Shown in pieces: positions 62,756-63,371 of a DNA stretch of 63,371 nucleotides; position 1 is the stretch's first letter; the number at the start of each line of letters is the position of its first letter. The notes under the pieces were generated by a model. It saw nothing but the letters and a program-made list of their open reading frames with translations. It was not told the origin of the DNA and ran no database searches. The DNA lies in contig CAZITU010000004.1 in NCBI GenBank assembly GCA_964542245.1, positions 1 through 63,371 of the forward strand, read 5' to 3'. A program made the translations under genes and the position numbers. This stretch comes from an uncultured Nitrospirales bacterium. GTDB lineage: Bacteria > Nitrospirota > Nitrospiria > Nitrospirales > NS-4.

Positions 62756-62927
62756 TATTACAACACCAACAAACGACAGCCTATCGTATTGAAACTTAAT
62801 GTGTTCTTAAGGTTCGCCGCCATTAGTGAATACCCTCTGCGATCTTTGAGTTGTGGCAAAAACACGTCATTTGTGGCTTTTCAGCAGAGCCACAACCAAG
62901 CCCTCATCAGGTAGTCGTTCCCAAGCT

Positions 62928-63371
62928 TTAAGGCTTTGGGTCAAGCTCAATGAGGCCCTTACGGATGGCCAGGATGGCGGCCTGTGTACGGTCGTAGACC
63001 TGGAGCTTGTGGAAAATATTCCGGACATGGTTCTTCACGGTCTTCTCGCTGAGATTGAGATCGTTCGCGATCTCTTTATTCGTCTTGCCGTCCGCGACGA
63101 GACGCAATACCGTGATCTCGCGTTCCGTCAAATCGTGCTCGGTGCGCGCCTGTTTTTTTCCTTTCCCTTCGGCCATCAGCGAAAATTCTGTGAGGATCTT
63201 GCTGGCTACCGACGGATGGATCAGGGACTCTCCTTTATAGATGGACCGGATGGCCGACACGATCTGCGCCGAATCCGAGTCCTTGAGCAAGTACCCCGTG
63301 GCCCCTGCGCGCACGAGGTCGAAGATGAATTTTTCCTCGTCGTACATCGTGAGCGCCACGATGCCAATGTG
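62928..63371 (-). CDS. NarL/LuxR response regulator (5'-truncated)
   Basis: GATGYLLKDS receiver end, LTEREITVLRLVADGKTNKEIA...SEKTVKNHV HTH. Confidence 0.95.
   Translation of the reverse strand, partial: HIGIVALTMYDEEKFIFDLVRAGATGYLLKDSDSAQIVSAIRSIYKGESLIHPSVASKILTEFSLMAEGKGKKQARTEHDLTEREITVLRLVADGKTNKEIANDLNLSEKTVKNHVRNIFHKLQVYDRTQAAILAIRKGLIELDPKP

Overview
GC-rich bacterial chromosome segment. Gene content and several lineage-style hypotheticals suggest Nitrospirota (inference, not verified). It runs from a 5'-truncated gltB and gltD to lpxC and a truncated NarL-type regulator. Main blocks: (1) an S+A+A' fused ECF transporter with EcfT. (2) An 11.8 kb minus-strand lipid operon joining oleABCD to a dedicated type II FAS set (fabF, ACP, fabG, fabZ, fabI) and two phytoene-desaturase-like FAD enzymes. 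A PPTase and a heme-oxygenase-like diiron enzyme lie nearby, and a broken BrnT toxin-antitoxin module is inserted between palindromic repeats. (3) A TetR-MFP-RND efflux operon. (4) Tandem diguanylate cyclases between two tRNAs, plus four stand-alone PilZ genes. (5) A DUF4384 / CHASE2 adenylate cyclase / CHASE2 sigma54-activator operon preceded by a sigma54 promoter. (6) A type II R-M-like pair, thyX and three tRNAs. (7) A unit invisible to the ORF track: a ~35% GC upstream region, a near-consensus sigma70 promoter, a coiled-coil + HARE-HTH gene, then two 12-codon lysine-rich micro-ORFs (MPAKKKAAKKKR, MAAKKKSAKKKK), each with GGAGGTGA exactly 6 nt before ATG, closed by a perfect 14-bp hairpin. 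Blocks 7, 2 and 5 are the best candidates for undescribed systems. No CRISPR array, rRNA, transposase or integrase was seen. All product calls come from recognising motifs by eye, with no database search.
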